Source of the DNA: an uncultured Leptotrichiaceae bacterium
GTDB taxonomy: Bacteria > Fusobacteriota > Fusobacteriia > Fusobacteriales > Leptotrichiaceae
DNA: 46,151 bases
Assembly: GCA_938037005.1 (NCBI GenBank)
Contig: CALHVR010000043.1
Span: 1-46,151 of the forward strand
Reading direction: 5' to 3'
Shown: one piece after another, positions 1 to 8,461 of the stretch
Numbering within the stretch: the first letter of the stretch is position 1
Layout of the letters: every line of letters begins with the position of its first letter
Made by a program: the position numbers and the translations under genes
The notes under the pieces: model-generated
Database searches by the model: none
What the model saw: only the letters and a program-made list of their open reading frames with translations
Told to the model about the DNA's origin: nothing

Positions 1-120
1 TTCATTATAGTGAGTTGCTTTTAATGCACGTTCCCTTTGTTCAACTGTCACTTCAGGAATGTTACGTTTAACATAAGAAAAAGAGCGTGGTACTGGAACA
101 TCAAGTAAATATTCTTTCAT
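1..120 (-). CDS. beta-eliminating lyase family protein (tryptophanase / tyrosine phenol-lyase-like); only the N-terminal 40 codons are present, and the gene runs off the left edge
   Basis: ATG at 120..118, six nt after GGAGG (revcomp of cctcc at 127..131). Translates to MKEYLLDVPVPRSFSYVKRNIPEVTVEQRERALKATHYNE. The ..V.....E.RE.ALK...YN. pattern resembles the remembered N-termini of tryptophanase/TPL. The start overlaps the azlD stop (ATGA). Confidence 0.45.
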   Translation of the reverse strand, partial: MKEYLLDVPVPRSFSYVKRNIPEVTVEQRERALKATHYNE

Positions 121-515
121 AATATACCTCCTAAATTATATAGTACCCCGGTTGTCAATGAATGATTAGCGGACAGCACTCTTTTATATTTTAAATAATA
201 TTTTAATATATCAAATAATAAAATAACTACTAATGAAACTGTAATTATAAGACCTAGTCCTTTTTTCTTTAAAGACATAACAACAACTATCATCATTCCA
301 ACAAATATTTTTAGAAAATCAATCATCTTTGTCCCACCAGAAGTAAAAATCCCAGGAAAAACTAAAAGCGTTAAAACAGAATATGGTAATGCTTCAAAAA
401 ATTTATTTATAAATTTGTTATTTTCAGGTATTTTTACTAATAATGGGAAAAGTCTAATTCCGACTGTTAGCATTGCTGCAAAAATAATTAATCTTAAAAC
501 TTCAAAATTATTCAT
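117..515 (-). CDS. azlD: AzlD-family branched-chain amino acid transport protein (small subunit)
   Basis: 132-aa hydrophobic protein immediately downstream of, and overlapping by 8 nt, an AzlC-like gene. Size and arrangement are typical of AzlD. Confidence 0.7.
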   Translation of the reverse strand: MNNFEVLRLIIFAAMLTVGIRLFPLLVKIPENNKFINKFFEALPYSVLTLLVFPGIFTSGGTKMIDFLKIFVGMMIVVVMSLKKKGLGLIITVSLVVILLFDILKYYLKYKRVLSANHSLTTGVLYNLGGIL

Positions 516-1215
516 TTACTTTGTCCTCCTCAAAATGTCTTAAAGCATATATTGTACTGGCAGTTATCATTATTATTATCATAATCCAACCTATACTCAA
601 TTTATTTAATATTGGTAAATAAAACAGTAATCTCATTATAATTACATAACCAACTACTTCTATATATTTTATTTTATCTTTTAATGCTGAAATAATTAAA
701 CTGAAATATGTTGCATAAAGTACAAAGCTCATGCTAGTTCTAAACATTTCCGGTATTAAATTCCCAAATAATGAACCACATACAGAACTTAATCCATAAG
801 CAAAATACGGTATCGTATTAAGACCTATTGCATACCAAACATTATTTATTCCTCTTAAATTAAAATATGTCACCGTTTCATCTGTAAGACCTATCCCCGT
901 CAATATTTTTTCAAAAATTGATGTTCCGTCTTTTAATTTTCTAAAAACTGTAATATTTAACAATAAATATCTTAAATTTATCATAAATATTGCAATCAAA
1001 ATTTCTATTATTGTAGCATGTTGCTCATAAACTGTTTTTAACAACATTGATTCTGCTGCTCCAGCATAAATCCCAAAAGACAAAACGGCATCAAGTGGAG
1101 TTGACATTCCAAAGTTTTTTGATATTAATCCTATCGTTATACCAAAAGGAATATACGCAACACCTATTCCAATTCCATCTTTTAATCCTTTTAAATAAAA
1201 TTTCGATTTATTCAT
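508..1215 (-). CDS. azlC: AzlC-family branched-chain amino acid transporter (large subunit)
   Basis: 235-aa polytopic membrane protein. The N-terminal LKDGIGIGVAYIPFGITIGL segment is AzlC-like. Paired with azlD. Confidence 0.8.
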   Translation of the reverse strand: MNKSKFYLKGLKDGIGIGVAYIPFGITIGLISKNFGMSTPLDAVLSFGIYAGAAESMLLKTVYEQHATIIEILIAIFMINLRYLLLNITVFRKLKDGTSIFEKILTGIGLTDETVTYFNLRGINNVWYAIGLNTIPYFAYGLSSVCGSLFGNLIPEMFRTSMSFVLYATYFSLIISALKDKIKYIEVVGYVIIMRLLFYLPILNKLSIGWIMIIIMITASTIYALRHFEEDKVNE

Positions 1216-1314
1216 TTTTTTAATCTTAAACCTTCCAAAATATTTATATAATATATCATAAAAAATAACAAATAAAAATATGCAACAATATACGCTACAT
1301 ACTTTTATTTTACA

Positions 1315-2049
1315 CTATTTTTTCCCAAATTGTATTTCATTTAATCCATCTTGTGCTGCTTTTATGACTTCTATATCAGATAATTTTTCAGCTGTTATCA
1401 ATGCCTTTTCCATCCAATACTTCGCTTTTCTATTATTTTTTAAACGATAATATGTATAACCCAAATTATTTTGTGATTTTGCATGATTTTTTTTAGCTGG
1501 TTTTTCATACCATTTAATCGCTTCTTTGTAATTTCCTTCACTTGAAGCTAAAGTTCCTAAATTAAACATCGCTTCCATATTTTTTTCATTTGATGCTTTA
1601 ACATACCATTCTTTTGCCTTTGCATAATCTCTAAGATTTTCATATATTAAACCAATATTAAAATAAATATCTCCTCGCTTCACTTTTTCAGCTAATTCTA
1701 AAAATAATTTTAAAGCTTCGTTATATTTTTGTTGCGAATAATATAATTCAGCCAGTTTCTGTTTTGATTCAACATCACCTTCTTCAACTATTTTCAAATA
1801 CAATTCTTCTGCTTTTTTTTCATCACCAAATATTACATATAATTTAGCTAAAATCTTTTTAGCTTTAATATTCGCTTCATCATCTTTTACAATTTTTTCA
1901 AAAAGTTTAACACCTTCTTTTATATTTCCATTCTTTATTTCTGTATTCGCTATTTCTAATATCTTATCTTTTTCTTCCTTACTAATTTCTGAAAAACTTA
2001 TTGCCGTTATAGAAAAAAAGCAAAATATAATTATCAATATTTTTTTCAA
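1315..2049 (-). CDS. secreted Sel1-like/TPR repeat protein
   Basis: TTG start with an AAGGAAG RBS. N-terminal signal peptide MKKILIIIFCFFSITAISFS. Repeated ~36-aa units with A..WY.KA/…NLG..Y signatures (AKEWYVKASNEKNMEAMFNLG, AIKWYEKPAKKNHAKSQNNLG). Confidence 0.75.
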   Translation of the reverse strand: MKKILIIIFCFFSITAISFSEISKEEKDKILEIANTEIKNGNIKEGVKLFEKIVKDDEANIKAKKILAKLYVIFGDEKKAEELYLKIVEEGDVESKQKLAELYYSQQKYNEALKLFLELAEKVKRGDIYFNIGLIYENLRDYAKAKEWYVKASNEKNMEAMFNLGTLASSEGNYKEAIKWYEKPAKKNHAKSQNNLGYTYYRLKNNRKAKYWMEKALITAEKLSDIEVIKAAQDGLNEIQFGKK

Positions 2050-2084
2050 TGTCTTTTCTTCCTTTTCTCTAATCTCATACTTTT

Positions 2085-2113
2085 ATTTTATCATATTTCC
2101 TAATTTTTTTCAA
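2085..2113 (-). promoter_or_regulatory. sigma70-type promoter of the Sel1-repeat gene
   Basis: On the minus strand: TTGAAA (2113..2108), a 17-nt spacer, then TAAAAT (2090..2085) preceded by TGa (extended -10). Confidence 0.5.
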
Positions 2114-2115
2114 AG

Positions 2116-2132
2116 TTTTTTTTTTTTTTTTT
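2116..2132. repeat. homopolymeric T17 (A17 on the minus strand) tract
   Basis: Counted directly: 17 consecutive T at 2116..2132. It lies 2 nt upstream of the -35 hexamer of the Sel1-repeat gene promoter. Confidence 0.95.
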
Positions 2133-2142
2133 AGCGGGAAGT

Positions 2143-2170
2143 CAATAAAAACAACGCTTCCAGCGTTTGT
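2143..2170 (-). terminator. candidate rho-independent terminator after ridA
   Basis: Minus strand reads ACAAACGC-UGGAA-GCGUUGU (one bulged A) followed by UUUUUAUU. The stem is short. Confidence 0.4.
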
Positions 2171-2213
2171 ATCATTTTATATTTTTTAGCTATTTTTCTA
2201 AGCTAATTCTAAT

Positions 2214-2576
2214 TTATTTTGTATAAGCAATAGCTTCAATTTCTACTAAAGCACCTAATGGTAATTTCCCTACTTCAAAAGCCGATCTTGCTGGATAAGG
2301 TTGTTCAAAATATTGTCCATAAATTTCATTTACTGCCTTAAAATCATCAATATTATCTAATAAAACTAATGTTTTAACTACATTTGACATTGTTAGTCCA
2401 TTATTTTCTAAAATTGCTTTTAAATTTTCTAATGCTTGTCTTGCTTGCTCTTCCACTGTAACACCTTCAATTTTACTTGTTTCAGGATTAATTCCTAGTT
2501 GTCCTGATATATATAAGTAGTCTCCTGCTTGCCTAAAAGCTGAATAAGGACCTACTGCATTCGGTATTTTTTTCAT
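2214..2576 (-). CDS. ridA: RidA/YjgF-family reactive intermediate (enamine/imine) deaminase
   Basis: 120 aa. AVGPYSAFRQAGDYLYISGQLGINP and C-terminal PARSAFEVGKLPLGALVEIEAIA are classic YjgF/RidA signatures. Confidence 0.9.
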   Translation of the reverse strand: MKKIPNAVGPYSAFRQAGDYLYISGQLGINPETSKIEGVTVEEQARQALENLKAILENNGLTMSNVVKTLVLLDNIDDFKAVNEIYGQYFEQPYPARSAFEVGKLPLGALVEIEAIAYTK

Positions 2577-2671
2577 ATTTCCTCCTGTTTTTATTTTAAT
2601 ATAGTCTTATTCTATCATATTTTTTTAATTTTATAAATATTTTTTATAACAAAATTTATATTCAATATTTG

Positions 2672-2699
2672 TTGACTTTTTTATTTTTCAAGTTATACT
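2672..2699 (+). promoter_or_regulatory. sigma70-type promoter of hpf
   Basis: TTGACT (2672..2677), a 16-nt spacer, then TATACT (2694..2699). GAGG RBS ahead of the ATG at 2729. Confidence 0.5.
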
Positions 2700-2728
2700 A
2701 GTAATGAGGTAAGAGAGGACGTGGTTTT

Positions 2729-3043
2729 ATGAAAATTATTATTAGCGGAAAACACTTAAAAATTACGGATGCAATAAAAAATTATACAGAAGAAAAAATT
2801 AATAAAATTTCTAAGTATACGGATGCTATTACAGAAGTTGATGTCGTCTTATCTGTTGAAGATACTAAATCAAGCGGACAAATACATAAAGCAGATGGAC
2901 TAGTTTATGCAAGTGGAACAAAAATAAAAGTAGAAACGGAAAATACTGATTTATATGCTGCAATTGATGAATTAGAAGAAAAACTTGAAAGACAAGTTAG
3001 AAAATATAAAGAAAAACAAAAAGATTTTACAAAAAAAGGTTAA
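2729..3043 (+). CDS. hpf: ribosome hibernation promoting factor / RaiA family (short form)
   Basis: 104 aa. MKIIISGKHLKITDAIKNYTEEKINKISKY is the canonical S30AE/HPF N-terminus. Confidence 0.85.
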   Translation: MKIIISGKHLKITDAIKNYTEEKINKISKYTDAITEVDVVLSVEDTKSSGQIHKADGLVYASGTKIKVETENTDLYAAIDELEEKLERQVRKYKEKQKDFTKKG

Positions 3044-3080
3044 TCAATATAGGTAGTCATTAATATTTAATTTATACTTC

Positions 3081-3110
3081 AAAAAATGGGAATCATAAAT
3101 TCCCATTTTT
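3081..3110. terminator. bidirectional rho-independent terminator (hpf / rdgB)
   Basis: Perfect 8-bp stem ATGGGAAT (3086..3093) / ATTCCCAT (3099..3106) with a 5-nt loop, flanked by A6 on the left and T5 on the right. Confidence 0.7.
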
Positions 3111-3112
3111 AT

Positions 3113-3709
3113 TTATATAAACTTATTCAAAACTTGTTCTTTTAATTTTCTAAAAGCTCTAGCTCTATGACTTACAGTAACTCTTTCTTCCATTGTTGCT
3201 TCTCCAAATGTTTTCTCTAACTCATATGAGAAAAATACTGGATTATAGCCAAATCCATTTGTTCCTTTTCTTTCAAATATAATTTCTCCCTCAACTTCAC
3301 CTCTAAAAGATTGTACTGTCCCATCTGGTTTTGCAATACTTACAACCGACACAAATTTAGCTTGTCGTTCTTCTTGAGGAATATTTTTCATTTCATTTAA
3401 TAATTTATCTATATTTGTTGAATCTGTAGCATTTTCTCCAGAATATCTTGCAGAATAAATTCCAGGTGCTCCGTCTAATGCCTCTACACAAAGTCCAGAA
3501 TCATCTGAAACTGTTATCATTCCTGTATATTTTGCTATTTCTAATGCTTTTTTCACTGAGTTTTCTTCAAATGTTTCTCCGTCTTCTACAACATCTGGAA
3601 AATTTATTTCCTCATCTAAAAAAGAAATTACTTCTATATTCATATTTTCTGTTAATTTCTCAAAATCAGCTACTTTCCCCTTATTTTTAGTTGCTAAAAT
3701 TATTTTCAT
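3113..3709 (-). CDS. rdgB: non-canonical purine NTP pyrophosphatase (RdgB/HAM1 family)
   Basis: MKIILATKNKGKVADFEKL..., SDDSGLCVEALDGAPGIYSARY and FGYNPVF motifs. The ORF track extends to 3748 (MEGVSYQKDNCEK...). Homologues start at MKI..AT.N.GK, so 3709 is preferred, but neither start has a good RBS. Confidence 0.85.
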   Translation of the reverse strand: MKIILATKNKGKVADFEKLTENMNIEVISFLDEEINFPDVVEDGETFEENSVKKALEIAKYTGMITVSDDSGLCVEALDGAPGIYSARYSGENATDSTNIDKLLNEMKNIPQEERQAKFVSVVSIAKPDGTVQSFRGEVEGEIIFERKGTNGFGYNPVFFSYELEKTFGEATMEERVTVSHRARAFRKLKEQVLNKFI

Positions 3710-3748
3710 CTTTTCACAGTTATCTTTTTGATAACTAACTCCCTCCAT

Positions 3749-4498
3749 TTAATTTTTATTATTATATTTATCAAAATTAGATTTAACAATTTCATTCACA
3801 ATTATATGTATTTTTTTTTGATTATTTCTTTCTAAATTTTTATAATCTATTGGTTTATCAACTATAACTTTCACATTTTTTCCACCATGAATTTTAAGAC
3901 TTTGTTTTGATTGAATATCATATGTACCAATAATAGTTATCGGTATTATTCTTACTTCTGAATCTATCGCCAATTTAAAACTTCCTTTTTTAAACTCTCC
4001 AACTTCTCCATTTTCACTTCTTGTCCCTTCAGGAAAAATTACATACGAATTACCATTTTTTACCATTTGAATAGCATTTTTCATATCTTTCATACCTTGT
4101 CTGGCATTTTTTCTATCTAAAAATATACAATTTAGACCTTTCATCCAAATACTCAATATTGGCCAATGTTTCATCTCTTTTTTAGCAATAAATCCAAAAT
4201 TTATCGGTAAATAACCTGCTAAAGTAGGAATATCTAAATTACTTTGATGATTTGATATTAAAATTACAGGCTCATCATTTTTTACTATATTTTTTATATC
4301 TTCTTCCGAATCATTTTCATAAATTATTTCTACTTTTGCTTTTGCTGCCCAAATAAGACCAATACTCCAGTTCCTACAAACTTTTCTTGCAAACTTTTTA
4401 GCTTCCTTACCTTTTTTCATTAATAACACAGGTATTCTAAATACTGCTCCATATAAAAGCATTCCTACTAATGCTATATGATAAAATATCGTTCTCAT
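3749..4498 (-). CDS. plsC: 1-acyl-sn-glycerol-3-phosphate acyltransferase
   Basis: 249 aa. NHQSNLD (HX4D) and FPEGTRS acyltransferase motifs, with an N-terminal membrane anchor. Confidence 0.85.
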   Translation of the reverse strand: MRTIFYHIALVGMLLYGAVFRIPVLLMKKGKEAKKFARKVCRNWSIGLIWAAKAKVEIIYENDSEEDIKNIVKNDEPVILISNHQSNLDIPTLAGYLPINFGFIAKKEMKHWPILSIWMKGLNCIFLDRKNARQGMKDMKNAIQMVKNGNSYVIFPEGTRSENGEVGEFKKGSFKLAIDSEVRIIPITIIGTYDIQSKQSLKIHGGKNVKVIVDKPIDYKNLERNNQKKIHIIVNEIVKSNFDKYNNKN

Positions 4499-4545
4499 AA
4501 TATTTATATAAAATTAATAATTTTATATTTTCCTCCTTATCATTT

Positions 4546-5133
4546 TTATTCACAAAATTCTCCATACTCTTTATATTCTTTCAACTTTTCAATTATTTTA
4601 CTAAATTCAAATCCTTGTCTTAAAAGGTATTGTATTAACTTTTTTTCATCTTTATTTATACATTTTTTTATAGCTATTTCTAATTTTTTTATTTCAACAG
4701 ATTTTTGTCCATTATTTTCCTCTTCATCTAAATAATTATAAGCATTTTCAATTATTTCTTTACTTATCCCTTTTTGATACAACTCAAAATTTATTCTTTG
4801 CTTTCCATATTTTTTATTTTTTATATATGTTAAAGCATAATTAAAATCATCAATATACCCTAATTCTTCAAGTTTTTCGACTGCTTTTTGTATCATTTGA
4901 ATATTTTTATATTTTTCTTTAAGCTTTAATATAATTTCTTTTTTTGTCCTATCTCTTAAAGACAATAAGAATATCCCTTTTTCAACAGCTGCATCATAAA
5001 TAATTTCATTATAATATTCATTAATATTATCTCCAATTTTTAAATTATATCTCATTCTAATTAAAGGACTTATATCTATAATTTCGCCTGTTGATAAATA
5101 AAGTTTATTTTTTTTTATTTGCTCTATAATCAT
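4546..5133 (-). CDS. recX: RecX regulatory protein
   Basis: 195-aa helical-repeat protein directly downstream of recA. The start overlaps the recA stop (TAATG). Repeated ...L.E.GYIDD..YA..YI... units are typical of RecX. Confidence 0.75.
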   Translation of the reverse strand: MIIEQIKKNKLYLSTGEIIDISPLIRMRYNLKIGDNINEYYNEIIYDAAVEKGIFLLSLRDRTKKEIILKLKEKYKNIQMIQKAVEKLEELGYIDDFNYALTYIKNKKYGKQRINFELYQKGISKEIIENAYNYLDEEENNGQKSVEIKKLEIAIKKCINKDEKKLIQYLLRQGFEFSKIIEKLKEYKEYGEFCE

Positions 5134-6305
5134 TATTCAATGTCTAATCCTTCATCTTCTATTTCAATTTCTTCTATTTCTTCAATTTCATCTACTTTCT
5201 CTTTTTTAGATGTTTTCAAAGTTTTTTCTTCCGTCTCTACTGGTTCAATATCTTCATTTTCTACTGAATAATCAGGTTTTATTTTTGCTAATACTTCTGC
5301 TTCTAATTTATTATAAAGTTCTTTATCCTCTTTTAATAAATTTTCAACATTTATCTTTCCTTGTCCTAATTTTTTATCTCCATAACTAAACCAAGATCCA
5401 CTTTTTGCAACTATATCTAATTTTATTGCTGCATCTAAAACTTCTCCTACTTTAGAAATCCCTTTTCCATACAATACACTAAATCTTGCTTCTTTAAATG
5501 GTGGTGCAACTTTATTTTTTGTAACTTTAACCGATACTTCGTTCCCTATTATCTCTTCACCTTGTTTTACAGATCCGATTCTTTTAACTTCCATTCTTAC
5601 AGATGAAAAGAATTTTAACGCTCTCCCTCCAGACGTCGTCGTTTGTGGTCCCGGTGTAAATGAAAATCCTCCTATTTTTTCTCTAATTTGGTTAATAAAT
5701 ATCATTACTGTATTTGATTTTGCAATACTTCCCGTCAATTTTCTCAATGCTTTTGACATTAATCTTGCTTGCAATCCCATTTGTTGATCGGCCATTTCTC
5801 CTTCAATTTCAGCTTTTGGCACTAAAGCAGCAACCGAATCTACAACTATTACATCCATCGCACCGCTTCTAACTAACATATCTGCTATTTCTAAAGCTTG
5901 TTCTCCAGTATCTGGTTGTGAGATTAACAATTCATCAATTTTTACTCCTAATGCTTTAGCATAAACTGGATCTAACGCATGCTCTGCATCTATAAATGCA
6001 ACAACTCCTCCTTCTTTTTGTGCTTCAGCTATTATATGTAAAGCCAATGTTGTTTTCCCTGATGATTCTGCACCATAGACTTCAATTATTCTTCCTCTTG
6101 GTACTCCTCCAATTCCTAAAGCTATATCTAAATTTAAACTTCCTGTAGAGATTGCTTTAATTTCCATTTTTTGATTTTCTCCAAGTCTCATTATAGCTCC
6201 AGCACCATAACTTTTTTCTATTTGTGCTAATGTATCTTTTATCGCTTTTTCTTTTTCTAATGTTTCTTTATCTTTTTTTTCTTCTACTGCCTTTTTTCTA
6301 GCCAT
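5133..6305 (-). CDS. recA: recombinase RecA
   Basis: [19 protein letters not shown] (Walker A), [10 protein letters not shown] and IVVDSVAAL motifs. 390 aa with a long acidic C-terminal tail. Confidence 0.98.
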   Translation of the reverse strand: MARKKAVEEKKDKETLEKEKAIKDTLAQIEKSYGAGAIMRLGENQKMEIKAISTGSLNLDIALGIGGVPRGRIIEVYGAESSGKTTLALHIIAEAQKEGGVVAFIDAEHALDPVYAKALGVKIDELLISQPDTGEQALEIADMLVRSGAMDVIVVDSVAALVPKAEIEGEMADQQMGLQARLMSKALRKLTGSIAKSNTVMIFINQIREKIGGFSFTPGPQTTTSGGRALKFFSSVRMEVKRIGSVKQGEEIIGNEVSVKVTKNKVAPPFKEARFSVLYGKGISKVGEVLDAAIKLDIVAKSGSWFSYGDKKLGQGKINVENLLKEDKELYNKLEAEVLAKIKPDYSVENEDIEPVETEEKTLKTSKKEKVDEIEEIEEIEIEDEGLDIE

Positions 6306-6463
6306 TTATTTTCATTCTTAATTTTTTTATTAAGAATACTCCTCCTTTTATTTTAGTATTTATTTTCTTATTATTAGTATATTTTATACCCTTAACTTCC
6401 CCTCTCCTTTCTTTATATATTATACCAAACTTTACTTAAAATATAAAGATATTTATAATAAAA

Positions 6464-6497
6464 AAAGATCTTATAAAATTCAATTTATAAAATCTTT
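6464..6497 (-). terminator. rho-independent terminator after the TPR gene
   Basis: 14-bp arms at 6464..6477 and 6484..6497 (one mismatch) with a 6-nt loop. On the minus strand it is followed by UUUUUUUAUUAU. Confidence 0.55.
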
Positions 6498-6520
6498 TTG
6501 TTTTTATATTATTATCTTTT

Positions 6521-7666
6521 TTATTTCATTTTTTCAACTTCAGATAAAACTGCTGATGCACCTTGTACTTTACTTGCAACTGCTTCTTTTAATATTGCTA
6601 TTGCTTCTGCTTTTCTACCAGTTGAAGCATAAACTTGACCTAATAATACTTTAGCTTCGTCATTTTTATCTTCGCTTATTGCTTTTTTCAAATATTTTTC
6701 AGCTGATGCAGTTTCATTAATATTAAATAAAAGAACTCCTAAATTTCTATTTACATTTTCTTTTATTAGTGATTTTAAATCTGTATAAGTTTTAGTTATA
6801 TTTGCAGTATCTTTTTTATTTTCATATATCGCCAATAAAATCAATTTTTGCTCTACTGCATTTGGTTCTTTATCTGTTATTTTTTTGAAATATGTTATTG
6901 CTTTATCATAATCTTTATAATTATAATAGAATTTACCCATTACATCAAATAATTCTAATTCTTTATCTCCTGTTTTAGCATTCATATCCAATAAAATTCT
7001 TTCAGCTTCTACTTTATTATTTTGTTGCATAGCAATTTGAACTAATATCATTCCTGAATTTAACATTCCATCTACTGATTGACCATATGACTCAGTCAAA
7101 TACTTTTTAGCTTCATCTAATTTGTTTAATACTACATACACTCTTCCAACATTATAATTTACTACTGATTTGAATTGATTATCATGTTGTTGTGCCATTA
7201 CTGATTTATATTTTTCTATAGCTTTTGCTTCTCTATTTGTTTGTAAATACATTGCTATATAACTTGAAGCATATAAAGCATTTTCTCCTTTTGTTTCTGT
7301 TTCTAAATATTTTAATTGTTTTTCTTGTTCTGCAATATCATTTTCAACTGTTGCAATTTCATATAAAATTTCTGCCGTTGCTAATTTTTCTTCTTTTGTC
7401 AAATTAACATTTTTCCAAGCTTGATTTGCATATTTTTTAGCATTCGTAACATCCCCTGCTTGTAAATATAACATTCCTAATTGTAAATCAGCTTTTTTAG
7501 CATAGTCTTTATCTCCTGAAGTAGATACTTTTTGTAATAAAGTTACACCTTCTCTAACTTTATTTTCATTAAATAATTTTTCTGCATTTGCATAATCATC
7601 TTTAACAGCTGCATATCCTAATGCACTTATACTTAATATTCCTAAAACTACTAATAATTTTTTCAT
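6521..7666 (-). CDS. secreted tetratricopeptide (TPR) repeat protein
   Basis: 381 aa. Signal peptide MKKLLVVLGILSISALGYA. Repeated 34-aa A..YL..A/…A..Y..A helical motifs throughout. Confidence 0.7.
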   Translation of the reverse strand: MKKLLVVLGILSISALGYAAVKDDYANAEKLFNENKVREGVTLLQKVSTSGDKDYAKKADLQLGMLYLQAGDVTNAKKYANQAWKNVNLTKEEKLATAEILYEIATVENDIAEQEKQLKYLETETKGENALYASSYIAMYLQTNREAKAIEKYKSVMAQQHDNQFKSVVNYNVGRVYVVLNKLDEAKKYLTESYGQSVDGMLNSGMILVQIAMQQNNKVEAERILLDMNAKTGDKELELFDVMGKFYYNYKDYDKAITYFKKITDKEPNAVEQKLILLAIYENKKDTANITKTYTDLKSLIKENVNRNLGVLLFNINETASAEKYLKKAISEDKNDEAKVLLGQVYASTGRKAEAIAILKEAVASKVQGASAVLSEVEKMK

Positions 7667-7715
7667 TTTTCACCTTTTCCTTTATCATCTTTAATTTACA
7701 CTTCTTTAATTTTTA

Positions 7716-8411
7716 TTATTTTCTTAAATCATCTACAATTTCTGTTTTAGAAGCTGTTTTCTCATCTACATTTTTTATAATTTTAGCTGGTGTCCCTGCT
7801 ACTACAACTCCCGATGGCACATTTTCAGTAACAACTGAACCTGCCGCTACAACTGAACCTGCTCCAATTCTAACACCTTCTAATACTACTGCATTAGCTC
7901 CTATTACAACATTATCTTCAACAACAACTGGATCAGCTGAAGGTGGCTCTATTACTCCTGCTAAAACTGCTCCTGCCCCTATATGGCATTTTTTACCAAC
8001 TTTAGCTCTTCCACCTAAAACAACATTCATATCAATCATTGTTTCTTCTCCAATTTCAGCTCCTATATTTATAACTGCCCCCATCATAATAACAGCTCTA
8101 TCTCCAATAGTCACTTTATCTCTAATATATACTCCCGGTTCAATTCTTGCATTTATTCCTTTTAAATCAAGCATTGGCACACCCGAATTTCTTCTATCAT
8201 TTTTTAAATGATAATTTGTTAAATTATTATCTTTTATAACTTTTTCAATATTTTGCCAATCGCCAAACACAATTTTCAAGCCTTCTTCTCCAATTACTTT
8301 ACAGTCATGTGTTTTTGTAATTATTTCATCGGTATACAATTCAACCGGTGTTGTTTTTTCTGCATTTGCTATATATTTTATTATTTCTTTTGATTTTTCT
8401 AATTCGGTCAT
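7716..8411 (-). CDS. dapH: 2,3,4,5-tetrahydropyridine-2,6-dicarboxylate N-acetyltransferase
   Basis: 231 aa. Left-handed beta-helix hexapeptide repeats ([52 protein letters not shown]). Length and N-terminal domain resemble Bacillus-type DapH. Adjacent to dapB. Confidence 0.85.
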   Translation of the reverse strand: MTELEKSKEIIKYIANAEKTTPVELYTDEIITKTHDCKVIGEEGLKIVFGDWQNIEKVIKDNNLTNYHLKNDRRNSGVPMLDLKGINARIEPGVYIRDKVTIGDRAVIMMGAVINIGAEIGEETMIDMNVVLGGRAKVGKKCHIGAGAVLAGVIEPPSADPVVVEDNVVIGANAVVLEGVRIGAGSVVAAGSVVTENVPSGVVVAGTPAKIIKNVDEKTASKTEIVDDLRK

Positions 8412-8461
8412 TTCAATATAATGTAAATATTACATCCTCCTTTCTTAAATAAAATTTGAAA

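Noticed and set aside
2116-2170. T17 plus adjacent hairpin considered as a rho-independent terminator
   Set aside because: On the plus strand the T-run precedes the hairpin, and on the minus strand the run is A's, so neither orientation gives stem-then-U. The separate AACGC/GCGTT stem with a following U-run serves ridA. The tract is better explained as promoter-proximal.
3710-3748. Upstream start for rdgB (MEGVSYQKDNCEK...)
   Set aside because: Homologues begin at MKI..AT.N.GK. The upstream ATG abuts the plsC stop with no RBS. The call is not certain, so it is stated in the feature evidence.
4478-4735. 85-aa plus-strand ORF spanning the plsC start and recX
   Set aside because: It is antisense to recX, crosses an intergenic region, and has a low-complexity F/S/I-rich translation.
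7621-8211. 196-aa plus-strand ORF
   Set aside because: It lies entirely antisense to dapH. The hexapeptide-repeat gene produces a low-complexity Pro/Thr/Ile-rich mirror ORF. There is no RBS, and dapH on the other strand has clear family motifs.
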